DNA of 64,000 nt from Chrysomallon squamiferum (GCA_012295275.1 CM022675.1:4774001-4838000), one strand, 5' to 3'; positions 1 through 23,419 are shown, counted from the first letter of the stretch. Notes: generated by a model not told the origin, from the letters alone. Made by a program: numbers and translations.

Positions 1-422
1 ATTAAATTAATTTTTGAAATTAAAATTCCTGCATTGGACAATTTTCTGTAATATTTTGAAATAAGGATATTAGTTAATTAACAACAGTACAAATAATTAC
101 TAGTAAACAACATTTGTTAAATTATTCCTCAAAATAAGAAAAAAATAAAAATAAATAAATAAATTATGCCTTTGATACTAATAATCAGCTAATTCCACAG
201 ACCTGTTTATTTTAACAAATTAGGATTAGCTATTGTATAGATATCATGATACTACAGCATTAAATAATGATTTGCTTCATTTTCTATCTTGAATTGAGAG
301 GCTCATTTGAAAAGAACTCCAAATTTGTAGATCAATAGAAACAAAATGACAAAATAAATTTAAAAAAGAAATAAAATAAAAAATCTAATGCATGTCACCA
401 ACTAACTTTATTTCATTTGTTT

Positions 423-1880
423 TCATTCTTTTGTTGTGTTAAGATAATTCAGTATTACTTTAACAATTTCCTTTCTGTATAAAAATAACACTGGATACTT
501 GGGAATGCACTTATTAGTTAAAACAGCTTTTGCTGTTGTTATGTTTATTTTTGCACCAGTTGATTTCTTTATCTTCCTTAAATATTTTTTTCCACTTTCA
601 TACAATCTACAGCTGCCAATTTTTATACTGAAAGTTTGATTACGCAATTTTTCTGAAAAATCATCCAGTCTGTTGTCAGTTGTTCTAGTTGTTTTCATCT
701 GCTTGTGAATAAAAAAATGTACCAAAGTTTTTCAGCTTATTCATAAAATAACTAGAGCATTTGTGAAGAGTATTTATTTATTTATTTATTATTTTTTTTG
801 CATTTTAAAAACCAAACTGCTGATTCATAATTTCCCATGACTGATGTAAAAACTGATTCAAAGTTTCATTTATTAAAATGTAACAGTGCTGCTAAGATAC
901 AAATCACTGATTATCACTTATTATCGGTGTAGGGCACCAAACATTGTTATATTCACAAGTTGTTTTTCAGCATTTTTTAAATTACAAATCCTTTCTAACA
1001 GTGCTTGGTTTTCACTAATCACAGGAATGCCTATTTATCTTTTACTGGGTGTTTTAAAGCAAGTTCATAGTACACGACTGCTTATGGTCTTCACTTTTAA
1101 GAACAATGCTGTCCATAGCATCTCAGTATAAACTTTTTCTACTAAACAGTGATACAAATGTAATCCCTCTTCTGACTAATATATTAGGTAATTAGGTTTA
1201 AATCTAAATTTAAAAATAAAACCTATTCCTGTTATCAAATTTTTCTTTCATCTCCTTTATTGTTACAGTCTTTGTCTCTTCTACAACCACATCACAGTAT
1301 TGTTTAGAAACATCCGATGAATCTGAGAAACAATCATTTTTCACAACATCTTCTGCAGGCAACAACGTCGATTTGCTATCACCAATTTCTGGCCTTTCTT
1401 GGATAATCATTCATGATGGGAAGATGATCTAACTGCTAGATGACCTTTCCTGACTGCTGAGCAAATACAGCGGTATGTTACCTTGGTTTTAAGTGTTTCC
1501 TTTCTCTTTAACAGAATCTACCAGTTGTTTAACTGTTTCCTGAATCGCTGTCTATCCATCATTTGGTCAGTTTTCATTTAAACAGCTTGGTAGACTTAGA
1601 AAAATTATCATGGATGTTATCCTGATTCCAGTAAAAAATAATTTCACTTATTTGTTTTCGTCTTCCAAGGATGGCGGCTTCAAGTTTGTAAGTTGCTGCT
1701 GCAGTCATTTTTTTTTCATTTGCAACTTTAATCAAGTAGTTACAAAAATGTTTGACTGGTAGAATTTGTCTCAGAATACAGCAAAAAAATTCAAGAAACT
1801 TTTCCAGAAAGGTCACTGTCTTCTTTTGGAATGCTATCGCTATAAACTCTGCTGAAAGTTTTAGGAATGTTGTCAGCCAT
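423..1880 (-). pseudogene. Possible decayed coding sequence with a KH-like motif near its 3' end
   Basis: Microsatellite-poor stretch with interrupted protein-like minus-strand frames behind an acceptor-like ttttcag at ~1909. LYESGKKYLRKIKKSTGAKINI resembles the KH motif GxxG..I..I...TGAKI.I. No confident family assignment. Confidence 0.25.
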
Positions 1881-2295
1881 GTTGGTTTGGTAAAAAGAAA
1901 TATTCTAGGCTGAAAACAAAACAAAAAAATAGGTATTAATACTTAGTCAAATAAACAAAACAGTTGTGCATCATAATATACATAATTATAGTTGATGTTG
2001 CTTTTATTTAATATTCAAGATCATATATAGACCTTGAATATTAAATTAAGATTTATACAGCATTTTGGAGATTAATGACTAGAGCAAATATTCATATTCC
2101 TTGTATTATTTTCTTCATTTTGATGCCCATCTCCAATCACAGTTTGAGGGCAAATGAATGTGATTCATGGAAAATATAAATCAATATTAGTCTCTGGGTG
2201 TTTTTATTTTTGGTTTTTCTTAATTTCTATATAAACATGATTTTTAAAATAATAATTTAAAAAATGTATTTTAATAATACACCAAAACATTGTTT

Positions 2296-2377
<82 letters not shown>

Positions 2378-4956
2378 CAACACTCGATAGAAACTGTAAA
2401 CCTCATATAATATGTAAACCACTAGTCTGCTGTTGATACTGCCAATCATAACTTCACCTGGTATTGGTTAATAATTATTTACGATTTAATTTGTACTTTT
2501 AATTAATGTAATTACAGAAAATTAACAAAAATAAATTTGTGGCTGTAAATAAAATACATACTTCTAGGAATTAGAAATAATTGTTCTATAAGGGGGGGAA
2601 GAAAGAAAGAAATTTTCGTGTTTTGTTTTTATATTTCATCATCTTATTTATTATTTTTCATTTTTGTTTTTTCCTACCAAACTGTATTTTTATACACATA
2701 AATATTCAGGCAGTCTACTGCCATGGCTTGTTCGTATTTATTTATTTTATTTATTTATTTATCACTATTAAGTATTTATAGGTCCGAAAACGGCATGAGT
2801 TACGAACGTTCCAGCGTTTCTAGCCTGAAGTAATTTAAATAAAATACCTTTTTTTTTTTTTTTTTTTTTTCATTGTATTTTATCCTTTTTTTTTATCATC
2901 TTATATAAATCAAATCTAATTTTTTAACACGTGCCAAATAATCAAATGGCGAATCGCACATTTCCTCTTCTTTCAATATGGCGCCATTACTGACGATAAC
3001 AAAATAATAATACTTTCTAAACACGTACCTCTGTTAACTGAAATACAAGGCTCAGTTCTAGCTTTAGGGTTAGCGTTAGCGTAAATTTTAGGGTTGTGGT
3101 TAGGGTAAGTTTTAGGATTAGAATTAGTTAGGGTTAAGTTTATTATAATTTTTAAAATACGCCAACATTTAAATTTTTCATCAAGAATTATTAAAAAAAG
3201 AAAATGTTTTTGAAATGTCATTAAACTAAATTGAAAAATAAGTCTTCCAACCTTGATAGGGGAGAACAGGGTATCAATAAAGTGGTGTCATCTTTATGTG
3301 CATAGTAACACCACTCCCTATCCTACCTAATTAAAAAAAACCCATACTTAAGACAAAAAATGAAATAAAAAATTGTGATGTCAAAAGTGAAAATTTGCAG
3401 ACTGGTTTCTGAATTCCTTATGTATATGTTAATATGTTGACAACTTTTGATAGTCTGGATATAAGTGCTTTCACAAGGCTTTGTTAAGTATGGAAGTGCA
3501 GTGCTTCTGAAAATTCACCCTGGGGAAAGTTGTGCCTATTTGGTAGTGCATTCTGCGCTATGGATCAAGTTAGTTTTCAAGGATGAACACCATGAAAATT
3601 ATGACTTTGATGATCTTTCGGTTTGACAGATATCCAATAATGACTGTATAATACAGGCTAGATACAGTACACAGATCTTTAATCCTAAGTGAACACTTAT
3701 TTAATTGTCTGTCATTTAATTATCTGTACTAAAAGTAATACAAAATTACTGCATAAAACAGGTTAGAACCAGTATATTACAAGAAGTATAGTCCTTTTCT
3801 GTCATAGGTCCCAATGACAATGTAGATTACTTACAGATAAAATACCCTACATCTTGACTGTGTGTTATGATACTAAAACAGTAGTTATAGAACTACATTT
3901 AACAAAGCCTGAAGTCAGGCCCAGCATCTGCCCCACTAGTTATAAATAATAAAATTATTTGTAAAATTATGCCTTTGATACTAATAATTAGCTAATTCCA
4001 CAGACCTGTTTATTTCAACAAATCAGGTTTAGCTATTGGATAGATATAATAAATATTTACTGCAAGAAGTTTGTGCAATTACTAGTAAAAAACTGACTGC
4101 AGAATCTGCAGATCTATTCAAACAGACTGCTGCAGCTGGGGCTGGAGGAAGAAGTGGGGCGGGGGGTGACTAAGGACTAGCAAACTGCCCAAATGACTTT
4201 GAATCAGTACATTACACAGAGCAGACAACATCAAGTTATTCAAAGGAAAAGTTTTATCACAAAACATGACAGGTAGCAAATTTAAAAAAATCACTGCTGT
4301 CATTAGCCAACTATTGTCCCGTTTCCAGATCAGTGATGATTACGTCAGGACTAACAGAATATTTCACATTTAATTCAGGCTTTACTGAATTAGTAATTCA
4401 TTACTGTCAGCTTTGTTTAACTGTACAAGATGTAACATTCTTCCAGAGACTGCAGTATTTAAATTCAGTACAACGAACAAGTTTAGTCAGAATGTAAATA
4501 CGATAGTATACGTGATGCTACAACCATGCAGACAAACACATTTTTAGAATATTGGGTTTCTAGGGTAGAAACTAAGGAATTTTTATCCTCCCATTTTAGA
4601 AACCTGTATCAGAAAAAAAAAATTAAACAGAGAAAAGGGGGAGAAACTCACTTCTGTGGGATTGAATTTGTGTGTGCGTGCGTGCTTGCTTTTAAGCGTG
4701 TCGGTTTGAAAAAAATATCCTCCAACGTAAAACCGAATTGCCAGATCACGACGGCGAGAAATTGACATCGGGAGCGTGTCTGTCTGTCTGTCTGTCTGTG
4801 TGCGTGCGTGCGTGTGGGTTTGAATAAGGTATCTTCCAATATAAAACTGAACTGCCAGATCATGACGGCGCGATTATTAATGTATTTTAATTTCAAGTTT
4901 ATTTTTTGTTTTGTTTTTTTCATTTTAGAAAATAAATAAATAAATATACAAAAACA

Positions 4957-4957
<1 letters not shown>

Positions 4958-5002
<45 letters not shown>

Positions 5003-5124
5003 GCAGCAGCAGTAGTAGTAGTACTAGTAGTAGTAGTGGAAGTGGTTGTGGTGGTGGTGGTAGTAGTATTAGCAGTAGCAGTAGTAGTAGTAGTAGTACT
5101 AGTAGTAGTAGTGGAAATGGTTGT

Positions 5125-5160
<36 letters not shown>

Positions 5161-6002
5161 GTACTAGTAGTAGTAGTGGAAGTGGTGATGGAGGTGGTGG
5201 TAGTAGTAGTAGTAGTAGTGGAAGTGGTGATGGTGGTGGTGGTAGTAGTAGTAGTAGTAGTTGTTGTTGTTGTAGTAGTTGTTGTTGTTGTGATAATAAC
5301 AGAATGGTGTTTTATCGGAAAGGGTCTCGTAGTTATTCTGAGTTCAGGATTCATTTTGTATGAAATTAGCGTTATTGTTGTTGTTGTTGTTGTTGCTGCT
5401 GCTGCTGCTGCTGACGCTGCTGTTGTTGTTGTGAACAGCGTTTCGTATTTCGTGGTGATGAACTGTAAAGTGTCACTGTCATTGCTTTTAAAAAAAAAAA
5501 AATTGTTTTGTGCAGTGTTTAAGGTGAAATTGACATCGGTAACGAGTACCGAGACCCAGTTTTCAAACGTTCATCTGACCGTTGCCATGGGAACCGATCT
5601 CAGCTCAGCTCCGTTCGGCTACACTCGGGTTGGGTCGGGTCGGGTCAGGTCGAGTCGGGTCGGCTCGGCTCCACTCGGCGGACGAGAGAAAAGGAAAAAA
5701 GGCGTCGGGTTTAATCCATCCAGTGCTATTGTTGTTGTTGTTGTTGTTGCTGTTGTTATGATGATGATGATCATCGTCGTCATCATCGTCATCATCACCA
5801 TCATCACTGCTGTTATTATTATTATTGTTATTGTTATTGTTATTGTTATTGTTATTATTATTATTAGTAGTAGTAGTAATATTATTACTATTATTATTAT
5901 TATCATTACCATCATCATTATTATCATTACCATTATCTTTATCATTATCATTATTATTGTTATTATTATTGTTGTTACTGTTATTGCTATTGTTACTGTT
6001 AC

Positions 6003-6076
<74 letters not shown>
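4958..6076. repeat. Compound trinucleotide microsatellites (AAT, AGT, GGT, GTT, GCT, ATC, ATT)
   Basis: Read directly; the source of the spurious poly-amino-acid ORFs. Confidence 0.95.
5525..5720. promoter_or_regulatory. CpG-rich island with an RFX X-box-like site
   Basis: GTTGCCATGGGAAC at 5581-5594 is one mismatch from the palindromic X-box GTTGCCATGGCAAC. It is followed by (GGGTC)n/(GGCTC)n and dense CpG within AT-rich flanks. Confidence 0.45.
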
Positions 6077-6077
<1 letters not shown>

Positions 6078-6807
6078 GAAGCAGATACAGTATTAAATAC
6101 TAAAATAGTTGAAACAAATACTGTCATCAGATTGAGTCTCCTTTATACAACATTAGAAAACGGTTTATACAAAACCAGAACAATTAATTATATTAAAACG
6201 TTTAAAAAATAATAAGAACAGACAGATTATTGGCAGATCCGAAAATCAAAAACAAAATAAGTGCCGCCAAATACAGAATTCAAAATGCATTGGGGACAAG
6301 TTGTATCGGGTGCGGGGTATCTTGGGTACGGGTTGTCTAGAATTATATGTGTGTCTATAATTACATAAATTCAGGCTAATTAAACATGTTGATTTTATTC
6401 AACAGTAAATAATGTAGCGTATGGTGGCAAGGTATTAATGTTTACGTATGTCTTGAAAAGTCAAATAATCCCAAACTATGTTTTTACGAAGTTTCAACAA
6501 GTTACTGGACAAGTTCGCTCTTTCTTCCAGATAACTTTGCATTAAGTTATTTTGGCCACGTTATTGTCTGTTCTCCATACTATGTGACATCCAGGTCTTT
6601 GTTTAAAGTAGAATAAATAATAAAGTCTTGTTTCTTGTGATTAAAAACATCGACATAATCGAAGTAATGAATTCCATTATAAAAGTTTTTTTTTTCAAAT
6701 TATTTTAAAAAATGATAAAAAATCTAACGATAATAAAGCATTGATTTTGTCCTAGATACAATTTATTACTATGTATATGCATTAACAATACCTGCTATAG
6801 CTTCTGC

Positions 6808-6808
6808 A

Positions 6809-6858
<50 letters not shown>

Positions 6859-7087
6859 AACTACAACTTACACTACTGTTGCTGCTGCGGCTACTACTTC
6901 CACTGCTGCAACTAGTGCAACTACTACTGCTATTATTATTATTACTACTACTATCACCTTCACTATTACTATTAATAAGATTATTATTATTATTATTATT
7001 ATTACTATTATACTACTACTAGCACTACTACTACCACTATCACTATTACTATTAATATGATTATTATTATTATTACTACTACTACTA

Positions 7088-7121
<34 letters not shown>

Positions 7122-7270
7122 TACTACTACTAACTCTACTACTACCACCTTCACTATTACTATTAATATTATTATTATTATTATTATTACTACTACTACT
7201 ACTACTAGCTCTACTACTACCACTATCACTATTACTATTAATATGATTTTATTATTATCATCATCATAAT
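6808..7270. repeat. Compound (ACT)n/(ATT)n microsatellites
   Basis: Read directly from the sequence. Confidence 0.9.
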
Positions 7271-7384
7271 TATTATACATTGATAGGACAGCAGAAACGT
7301 TTTCATTGACTAGCAGAAGCAGTATTTTATTTGTTCCTTTCCATAAATAAATAATCGACCTTTGTTATATATGTGTGTGTGTGA

Positions 7385-7429
<45 letters not shown>

Positions 7430-7607
7430 TGTGTGTTATACAAGGATATATTTAAGAATTAATATGTTAGTTTTCACATAAAAAATTAAACAAACACAAG
7501 TGGAACGAAATATCGACCTTTGGCTGAAACGAATAATAACACGTATAAAGTCGTCTGATTTTCTTAATTACTTTTTTATTTGTTTAAATTGCCATAGAAA
7601 ATCTGCA

Positions 7608-7709
<102 letters not shown>

Positions 7710-7731
7710 TAGGTCGAAATCTGTGCGTACA

Positions 7732-7792
<61 letters not shown>

Positions 7793-8177
7793 ATCTCTCA
7801 CACACTCTCAAACTCTCTCTCACAGACACACACACACACTTACACATCTGAATTTATTCAGTTTTCACACACACATGAGTTTATCTAAAACACAGTTTTA
7901 TTTTTATCACACACACACACACACACACACACATACCTACACACACTATAATTTATTCAGTTTTCTATTGTGTTTTCTAATCTGTTTTGCCGTAGGCTTT
8001 GTCATGCGCGAGTTTATCTAAAACGAATTTTATTTTTATCACACAGATACACTACACTGGTTTATAACTAAGTAAACAAGGGAAGGAAAAACCTGTCATG
8101 ACTCTAACAATTGCAATCTTCTTCCTGATCCAACTTATTTGTTCAGTGTAGTTATTTAACATCTCGAAGAATCCGCC

Positions 8178-16053
<7,876 letters not shown>

Positions 16054-17069
16054 CGCAGATAGGCAACAATCTCACGTTGTGCAGAAATAAAGATGTTTTT
16101 CTTATTGGTATTCACAGAGACTGAACGTAATATATATATATATATACATGATTAAAATATAAACAATCAATTCTATATACACATTGCGAGTTTTTTGTTT
16201 GTTTCTAGTCAGTATGTGTGTACTGAAATATTCATATTTTTTTAACGCGGTATGGGTTTTGACACAGAACGTGTAAGTGAGTTCTATAAAAATAGACTGA
16301 AGTGGGCGTGGCCTAATTGTATGACAGTGTTCTGACTGTCAGCAGACGGCAACGTTTTGTTCAGTTTGTGAGTGAAATTCATTGTGAAACTGGAGATACG
16401 AGGTTGTTTATGTATGGCTGTAATTTGCCTTATGAAAAAAACAAACAAAAAAAAACCAGTTCTTTTAACTATATGGTTAAGTTAATTGTTTAAACTTACC
16501 TCAAACATGCGAATAGGATGCAGTGTGTTATTTCGTAGTTGTAAAAAACTTCTGTAAACAAAATCTTCACCATGTGACGTCACAGATTGTTTTGTTTTTT
16601 GTCTCTTGTCTTTTTTTTATTATTATTTTTATGAGCACTTGTTATTTAACAAATACCGAGACAATATTTATTTCAGTTTGGATAACAAACATGTACAAGA
16701 AGATACAGCTTAATATTTATAAAATAATTTTCTACATTTTTAGAAATAACAGAAAATTTATAATTGATATCAACCATTTCTCTTGACTCTACCTATTCCA
16801 CATCAAAGCCTTATTTTAAATTTAATATTTGTAAAAACATATTCTGTCCATGCCATTCTCCTGTAAGAAATTGTTTCCACTGTTTATTCTCAGAAAATAA
16901 TTTAATTTGATATGTCGTTTAAAAATGATTTATTTAAATGTGTCAAAATTTTTATTCTGAAATCACATCTTAACTATTTTAGCTGTTAATATATTTTGTT
17001 CTTTTATATACTGAATTATACCTTCAATCATTTTAATTTGAATTATGTTAATTTAGTTTAATTGTTATA

Positions 17070-17100
<31 letters not shown>

Positions 17101-17102
17101 GT

Positions 17103-17138
<36 letters not shown>

Positions 17139-17153
17139 TAGTAGTAGTAGTAA

Positions 17154-17353
17154 NNNNNNNNNNNNNNNNNNNNNNNNNNNNNNNNNNNNNNNNNNNNNNN
17201 NNNNNNNNNNNNNNNNNNNNNNNNNNNNNNNNNNNNNNNNNNNNNNNNNNNNNNNNNNNNNNNNNNNNNNNNNNNNNNNNNNNNNNNNNNNNNNNNNNNN
17301 NNNNNNNNNNNNNNNNNNNNNNNNNNNNNNNNNNNNNNNNNNNNNNNNNNNNN
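17154..17353. other. Scaffold gap (200 N)
   Basis: Run of N; the fixed size suggests a gap of unknown length. Confidence 1.
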
Positions 17354-17718
17354 TACAGATAGAATTCATGGAATACAAAATCTTACACTGGTCGTTAATA
17401 TTATCTCAAAGATAATGATTTCAAAGCATTATTTATTTATTTTCTTTTAAGTGACGTCCCAGTTTAAAACTTTTGTTATATATACTAAAAGGCATAATGA
17501 TGTCATTAGAACAAGCGTTCCAGAAATTGATCGAGATGTTTTGCACGAAAACTGATGACGTCATGAGAGATGCAGAAATGGTGATTTTATATATTTTGAC
17601 TTGTATGTTATAATTATATTTATATTACAACAATTTTTATTTCAGATATTTAAACAATGTTCCGCTACATCATTCTTTTATATATAATATCTGTTTTATT
17701 ATTATTATTATTATTATA

Positions 17719-17753
<35 letters not shown>

Positions 17754-17903
17754 ATATTTTGCACCGTTCCATAATGTGTTTTTATCAAGCTCTAGATGTT
17801 TCAACTCAATTAAAGATGACCCTTTTACAGAAAGTTAAATATTTCGATATTCAATTGTTGATATCTGATGCAATGTTTGTCAATTTCTTTAGGTAGTTTA
17901 CAA

Positions 17904-17942
<39 letters not shown>

Positions 17943-18521
17943 CATTATTACTATTATGAATACGGTTCTGATTATTATTATTACAACCCCAATAGCTGCA
18001 ATTACTACTACTTCTACTACTATTACTACTACTACTACTACTACTTTTCTCCTGCTACTCTTACTATTAGTACTACGGTTAATACATGTATTAATTCTAG
18101 TGGTAGTGCTACCACTAAAACTACTTCGGCTAGTACTGCAACTGATAATAACCGTGTAGTATTGCAGTTACGAAGCTTACTACTACTGTTAATGACATAA
18201 GTAGTCTGACTCAATATTTTACTGACAGGAAGAGAACATTTTCAAAAAAGAAGAAGACAAAGGAAAAGATTTATATAAAGAAGAATGAAAAAAGGATAAA
18301 GTAAATAGCTATGTTCAAGGAGTTTCTTGTTATTATTATTATTCAAATTATATTTGACTATTCTTTCTATTAATGAAAACCGTCAGCTATCTAGATCATT
18401 CTTCTTAAGATGTTACGAATCTAAGGATTAAACTTGAAATTATTTTCTTAATTATTTAAAACCTATCTTTGAACGTCTCTATACTGCGTCTTTCGAAAAT
18501 AATACTTTCTACAAATTAAAG

Positions 18522-18573
<52 letters not shown>

Positions 18574-21529
18574 GAATAACAATAATAATAACAATAACAA
18601 TAATCATAATACTAGTAGTACTAGTAATAATAATAATATAATAATACGAACAAGAAGAAGAAAAAAGAGTGAAAATAGAATTAATATATATATACTTCAT
18701 GAGAGAGTAAAATAAATGCATGTTTTAACTGATGTAATTTTATTAAAAGCCTTGTGTTAAAATAATTGTATTCAAAAATATGAAAATTAATCTTAAAAGA
18801 AATACTAATATTATGTGATAATATTTTCAGTAATATCCACAAACGTATATCGCAACAGTCTTCTAAACATAAGAACTATATAATTAGCTATTTACCAGTT
18901 GAATTAATTATTAAAACATTTACCGTGGGTTATTGTAATATGTTATAGATTATTTCTTTTCTCATTAACATTATCAGAGAAAGAAAAATTCAGTCGAAGC
19001 GAAAATGGACAAGACCTCGAAAAAAATAATAATAATAATAATAATATCGACGAGAACAAGAACAACAACAACAAGAACAATAACAACAAGAACAGCAACA
19101 ACAACAACAATAATACTATAATACTACTACTACTACTACTAATAATAATAATAAGAAGAAGAAGAAGAAGAAGAAAGAAGAAGAAGAATGAATGTGTATG
19201 TATATTAAGATAATAAAACAAAATTAATTATATTTTGTGGAAAGCCTATGAATAAATATTTATGTTGAAAAATATTATAATCAATTATCAGAAATACTAA
19301 AATTATGTGATAATATTTTCAGAACTACACATAGACATATATCGCAACAGCCGGAAATAAGGTATTTAAAACTTTAGAATTATTTGTGAATTTTCACTTT
19401 ATTTATTATTAACGATGATGATGATGATGATGATGACAATAATAATAATAATAATAATAGAAGAAAAAGAAGAAGAAGCCGGAAAGAAGAATAGTGAAAG
19501 GAAAATCAATGTTTGTATATATGTATATTTATATCCAGTCCAATTACTTCATGGGAGTATACAAAAAAAAAAAAAAAAAAAAAATGAAAAAATTAAAAAT
19601 TAAAATATAAAAAAAAATACAATAAAAAAAATAATAACAATAATGTATGTATGTATATATATTTGGATATTTCTATTCAGTCGATAGTCTTCATGAGAAT
19701 TTCGTTACATTTTCCTATCATTTATGATATTTATACATCATTCAATTTATAGGATTATTTATAACTTTCTGATAGGTTTATTTTATTTTATTTTATATTA
19801 TTATTATTATTTCTGAAAATGTTTCCGTCATTCTTTATACAGTGTATTGTCAGGAACCACTGAAGGAAGAAACAGAGAGAAACAGAACAAAGAAGAAGGT
19901 CAATAATAGATATATACAAATACCTGAATTTCATACGAAATTTGGAATATCTAGTACACATATACATGCAGACACAGACGTGCACATATATGGATGGATG
20001 GATGAGTGTTTGTATCTTGTATAAATGTATTTCTAGTTAGTCGCTGAATTATCTCTGAAATTATTATATTGTTTAGTGACTTCATCATTATACAAACAGA
20101 ATTGTTTTAGTGAAATCACCTTTATTAAAAAAATAAAAATAAAAAAGTAAATAAAAAATCAGACAGTCATCCTATTATGGGAAATTTAAATTTTACAAAT
20201 AATCAAAAGATGAAATATCATTATTTTAATAATATTGTCGTATTCTTCATCTTAATATCATTACCGTATTCATCGACATCATTACTACTACTACTACTAC
20301 TACTACTGTTATTGTTATTGTTATTGCTATGATAATGATGATAATTATTCGTGGATAAATGACCAAAGCAGTGATAGTAGTAGTTATAATGGTAATAGTA
20401 ATAGCAGTATTAGTGATAATATTGTAGTAAATAAAGTGATAGTAGTAGTAGCAGCAGCAGGAGTAATAGTAGTATCGGTAGTAAGAGTAATAGTACTAGT
20501 AGTAGTAGTAGTAATAATAGTGATAATAGTAGTAGTAGTATTGGTAAAATCAATATGCATCTTGTTACAATGTTCTACTTTCAGCCAAAGAATGATTCGT
20601 CTTCCTGAATGAACAAATCTCCTTCCAAAATAAATAAATAAATAAATAAATAACGATGTTTACTATTCTACTCATTTGTACCATGTAAACTAACTGATTC
20701 ACGTCAGATATTTGAGACTATATAACTTGACTCATGTTACAGCTTTGTTACAACTAGTAGACTTTTCATCTCAAAGGGTTTTGTTGACAATCGACCAGTC
20801 TATGCCATGATGAATCTGGAATCAGAGTCTGGGGAAATCGTGACGAATTCTTGTCTATCTGAAAACATTATTTGCGTGAATGTTTCTGCAGAAAATATCA
20901 ATACCTTATTAAATGTAATTAATATTTTGAACTAAAAATTCATTGTTAATTTTCAGTTAATAAATAAATGTTAAATATTAAAAGAGTGTTGCTTTACTTT
21001 TCTTCAGGGAGTTATTTAATTAATTATGTTATTTTTAAGTCACTTAAATGGAACACACATATACACAATTAATAATGCTGATGATGACGACAGTAATAGT
21101 TACAATGATGGACGATGATGACTATGATGATGATGTTAACAGTATCGAAGATGTTAATGATTATAACGATGATGAGAATTATGAATTGCAAAATCTTACA
21201 CTGGTCGTTAATATTATCTCAAAGATAATGATTTCAAGCATTATTTATTTATTTTCTTTTAAGTGACGTCCCAGTTTAAAACTTTTTGTTATATATACTA
21301 AGGCATAATGATGTCATTAGAACGAAGCGTTCCGAAATTGATCGAGATGTTTGCACGAAAAACTGATGACGTCATGAGAGATGCAGAAATGGTGATTTTA
21401 TATATTTTGACTTGTATGTTATAATTATATTTATATTACAACAATTTTTATTTCAGATATTTAAACAATATTCCGCTACATCATTCTTTTATATATAATA
21501 TCTGTTTTATTATTATTATTATTATTATA

Positions 21530-21564
<35 letters not shown>

Positions 21565-21717
21565 ATATTTTGCACCGTTCCATAATGTGTTTTTTTATCA
21601 AGCTCTAGATGTTTCAACTCAATTAAAGATGACCCTTTTACAGAAAGTTAAATATTTCGATATTCGAATTGTTGATATCTGATGCAATGTTTGTCAATTT
21701 CTTTAGGTAGTTTACAA

Positions 21718-21756
<39 letters not shown>

Positions 21757-22336
21757 CATTATTACTATTATGAATACGGTTCTGATTATTATTATTACAA
21801 CCCCAATAGCTGCAATTACTACTACTTCTACTACTATTACTACTACTACTACTACTACTTTTCTCCTGCTACTCTTACTATTAGTACTACGGTTAATACA
21901 TGTATTAATTCTAGTGGTAGTGCTACCACTAAAACTACTTCGGCTAGTACTGCAACTGATAATAACCGTGTAGTATTGCAGTTACGAAGCTTACTACTAC
22001 TGTTAATGACATAAGTAGTCTGACTCAATATTTTACTGACAGGAAAGAGAACATTTTCAAAAGGAAGAAGACAAAGGAAAAGATTTATATAAAGAAGAAT
22101 GAAAAAAGGATAAAGTAAATAGCTATGTTCAAGGAGTTTCTTGTTATTATTATTATTCAAATTATATTTGACTATTCTTTCTATTAATGAAAACCGTCAG
22201 CTATCTAGATCATTCTTCTTAAGATGTTACGAATCTAAGGATTAAACTTGAAATTATTTTCTTAATTATTTAAAAACCTATCTTTGAACGTCTCTATACT
22301 GCGTCTTTCGAAAATAATACTTTCTACAAATTAAAG

Positions 22337-22400
<64 letters not shown>

Positions 22401-23386
22401 GAATAACAATAATAATAACAATAACAATAATCATAATACTAGTAGTACTAGTAATAATAATAATATAATAATACGAACAAGAAGAAGAAAGAGTGAAAAT
22501 AGAATTAATATATATATACTTCATGAGAGAGTAAAATAAATGCATGTTTTAACTGATGTAATTTTATTAAAAGCCTTGTGTTAAAATAATTGTATTCAAA
22601 AATATGAAAATTAATCTTAAAAGAAATACTAATATTATGTGATAATATTTTCAGTAATATCCACAAACGTATATCGCAACAGTCTTCTAAACATAAGAAC
22701 TATATAATTAGCTATTTACCAGTTGAATTAATTATTAAAACATTTACCGTGGGTTATTGTAATATGTTATAGATTATTTCTTTTCTCATTAACATTATCA
22801 GAGAAAGAAAATTCAGTCAAAAGCGAAAATGGACAAGACCTCGAAAAAGTAATAATAATAATAATAATATCGACGAGAACAAGAACAACAACAACAAGAA
22901 CAATAACAACAAGAACAGCAACAACAACAACAACAATAATACTATAATACTACTACTACTACTACTAATAATAATAATAAGAAGAAGAAGAAGAAGAAGA
23001 AAGAAGAAGAAGAATGAATGTGTATGTATATTAAGATAATAAAACAAAATTAATTATATTTTGTGAAAAGCCTATGAATAAATATTTATGTTGAAAATAT
23101 TATAATCAATTATCAGAAATACTAAAATTATGTGATAATATTTTCAGAACTACACATAGACATATATCGCAACAGCCGGAAATAAGGTATTTAAAACTTT
23201 AGAATTATTTGTGAATTTTCACTTTATTTATTATTAACGATGATGATGATGATGATGATGACAATAATAATAATAATAATAATAGAAGAAAAAGAAGAAG
23301 AAGCCGGAAAGAAGAATAGTGAAAGGAAAATCAATGTTTGTATATATGTATATTTATATCCAGTCCAATTACTTCATGGGAGTATA

Positions 23387-23419
<33 letters not shown>

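Noticed and set aside
4690-4875. Two ~60-bp diverged direct repeats (..aatatcctccaacgtaaaaccgaattgccagatcacgacggcg..) ~113 bp apart
   Set aside because: A real but small local duplication with no coding or structural signal I can support.
4920-7280. Long ORFs of poly-V/I/T/L/S (e.g. 5125-6096, 323 aa)
   Set aside because: These are translations of trinucleotide microsatellites with no domain content or splice support.
19842-21266. Short ORFs repeated in each 3.8-kb unit (MYCQEPLKEE.., MEHTYTQ.., FVTTSRLFISKGFVDNRPVY..)
   Set aside because: They recur only because of the tandem duplication, and I could not build a phase-consistent gene or recognise a domain. A hidden small exon is not fully excluded.
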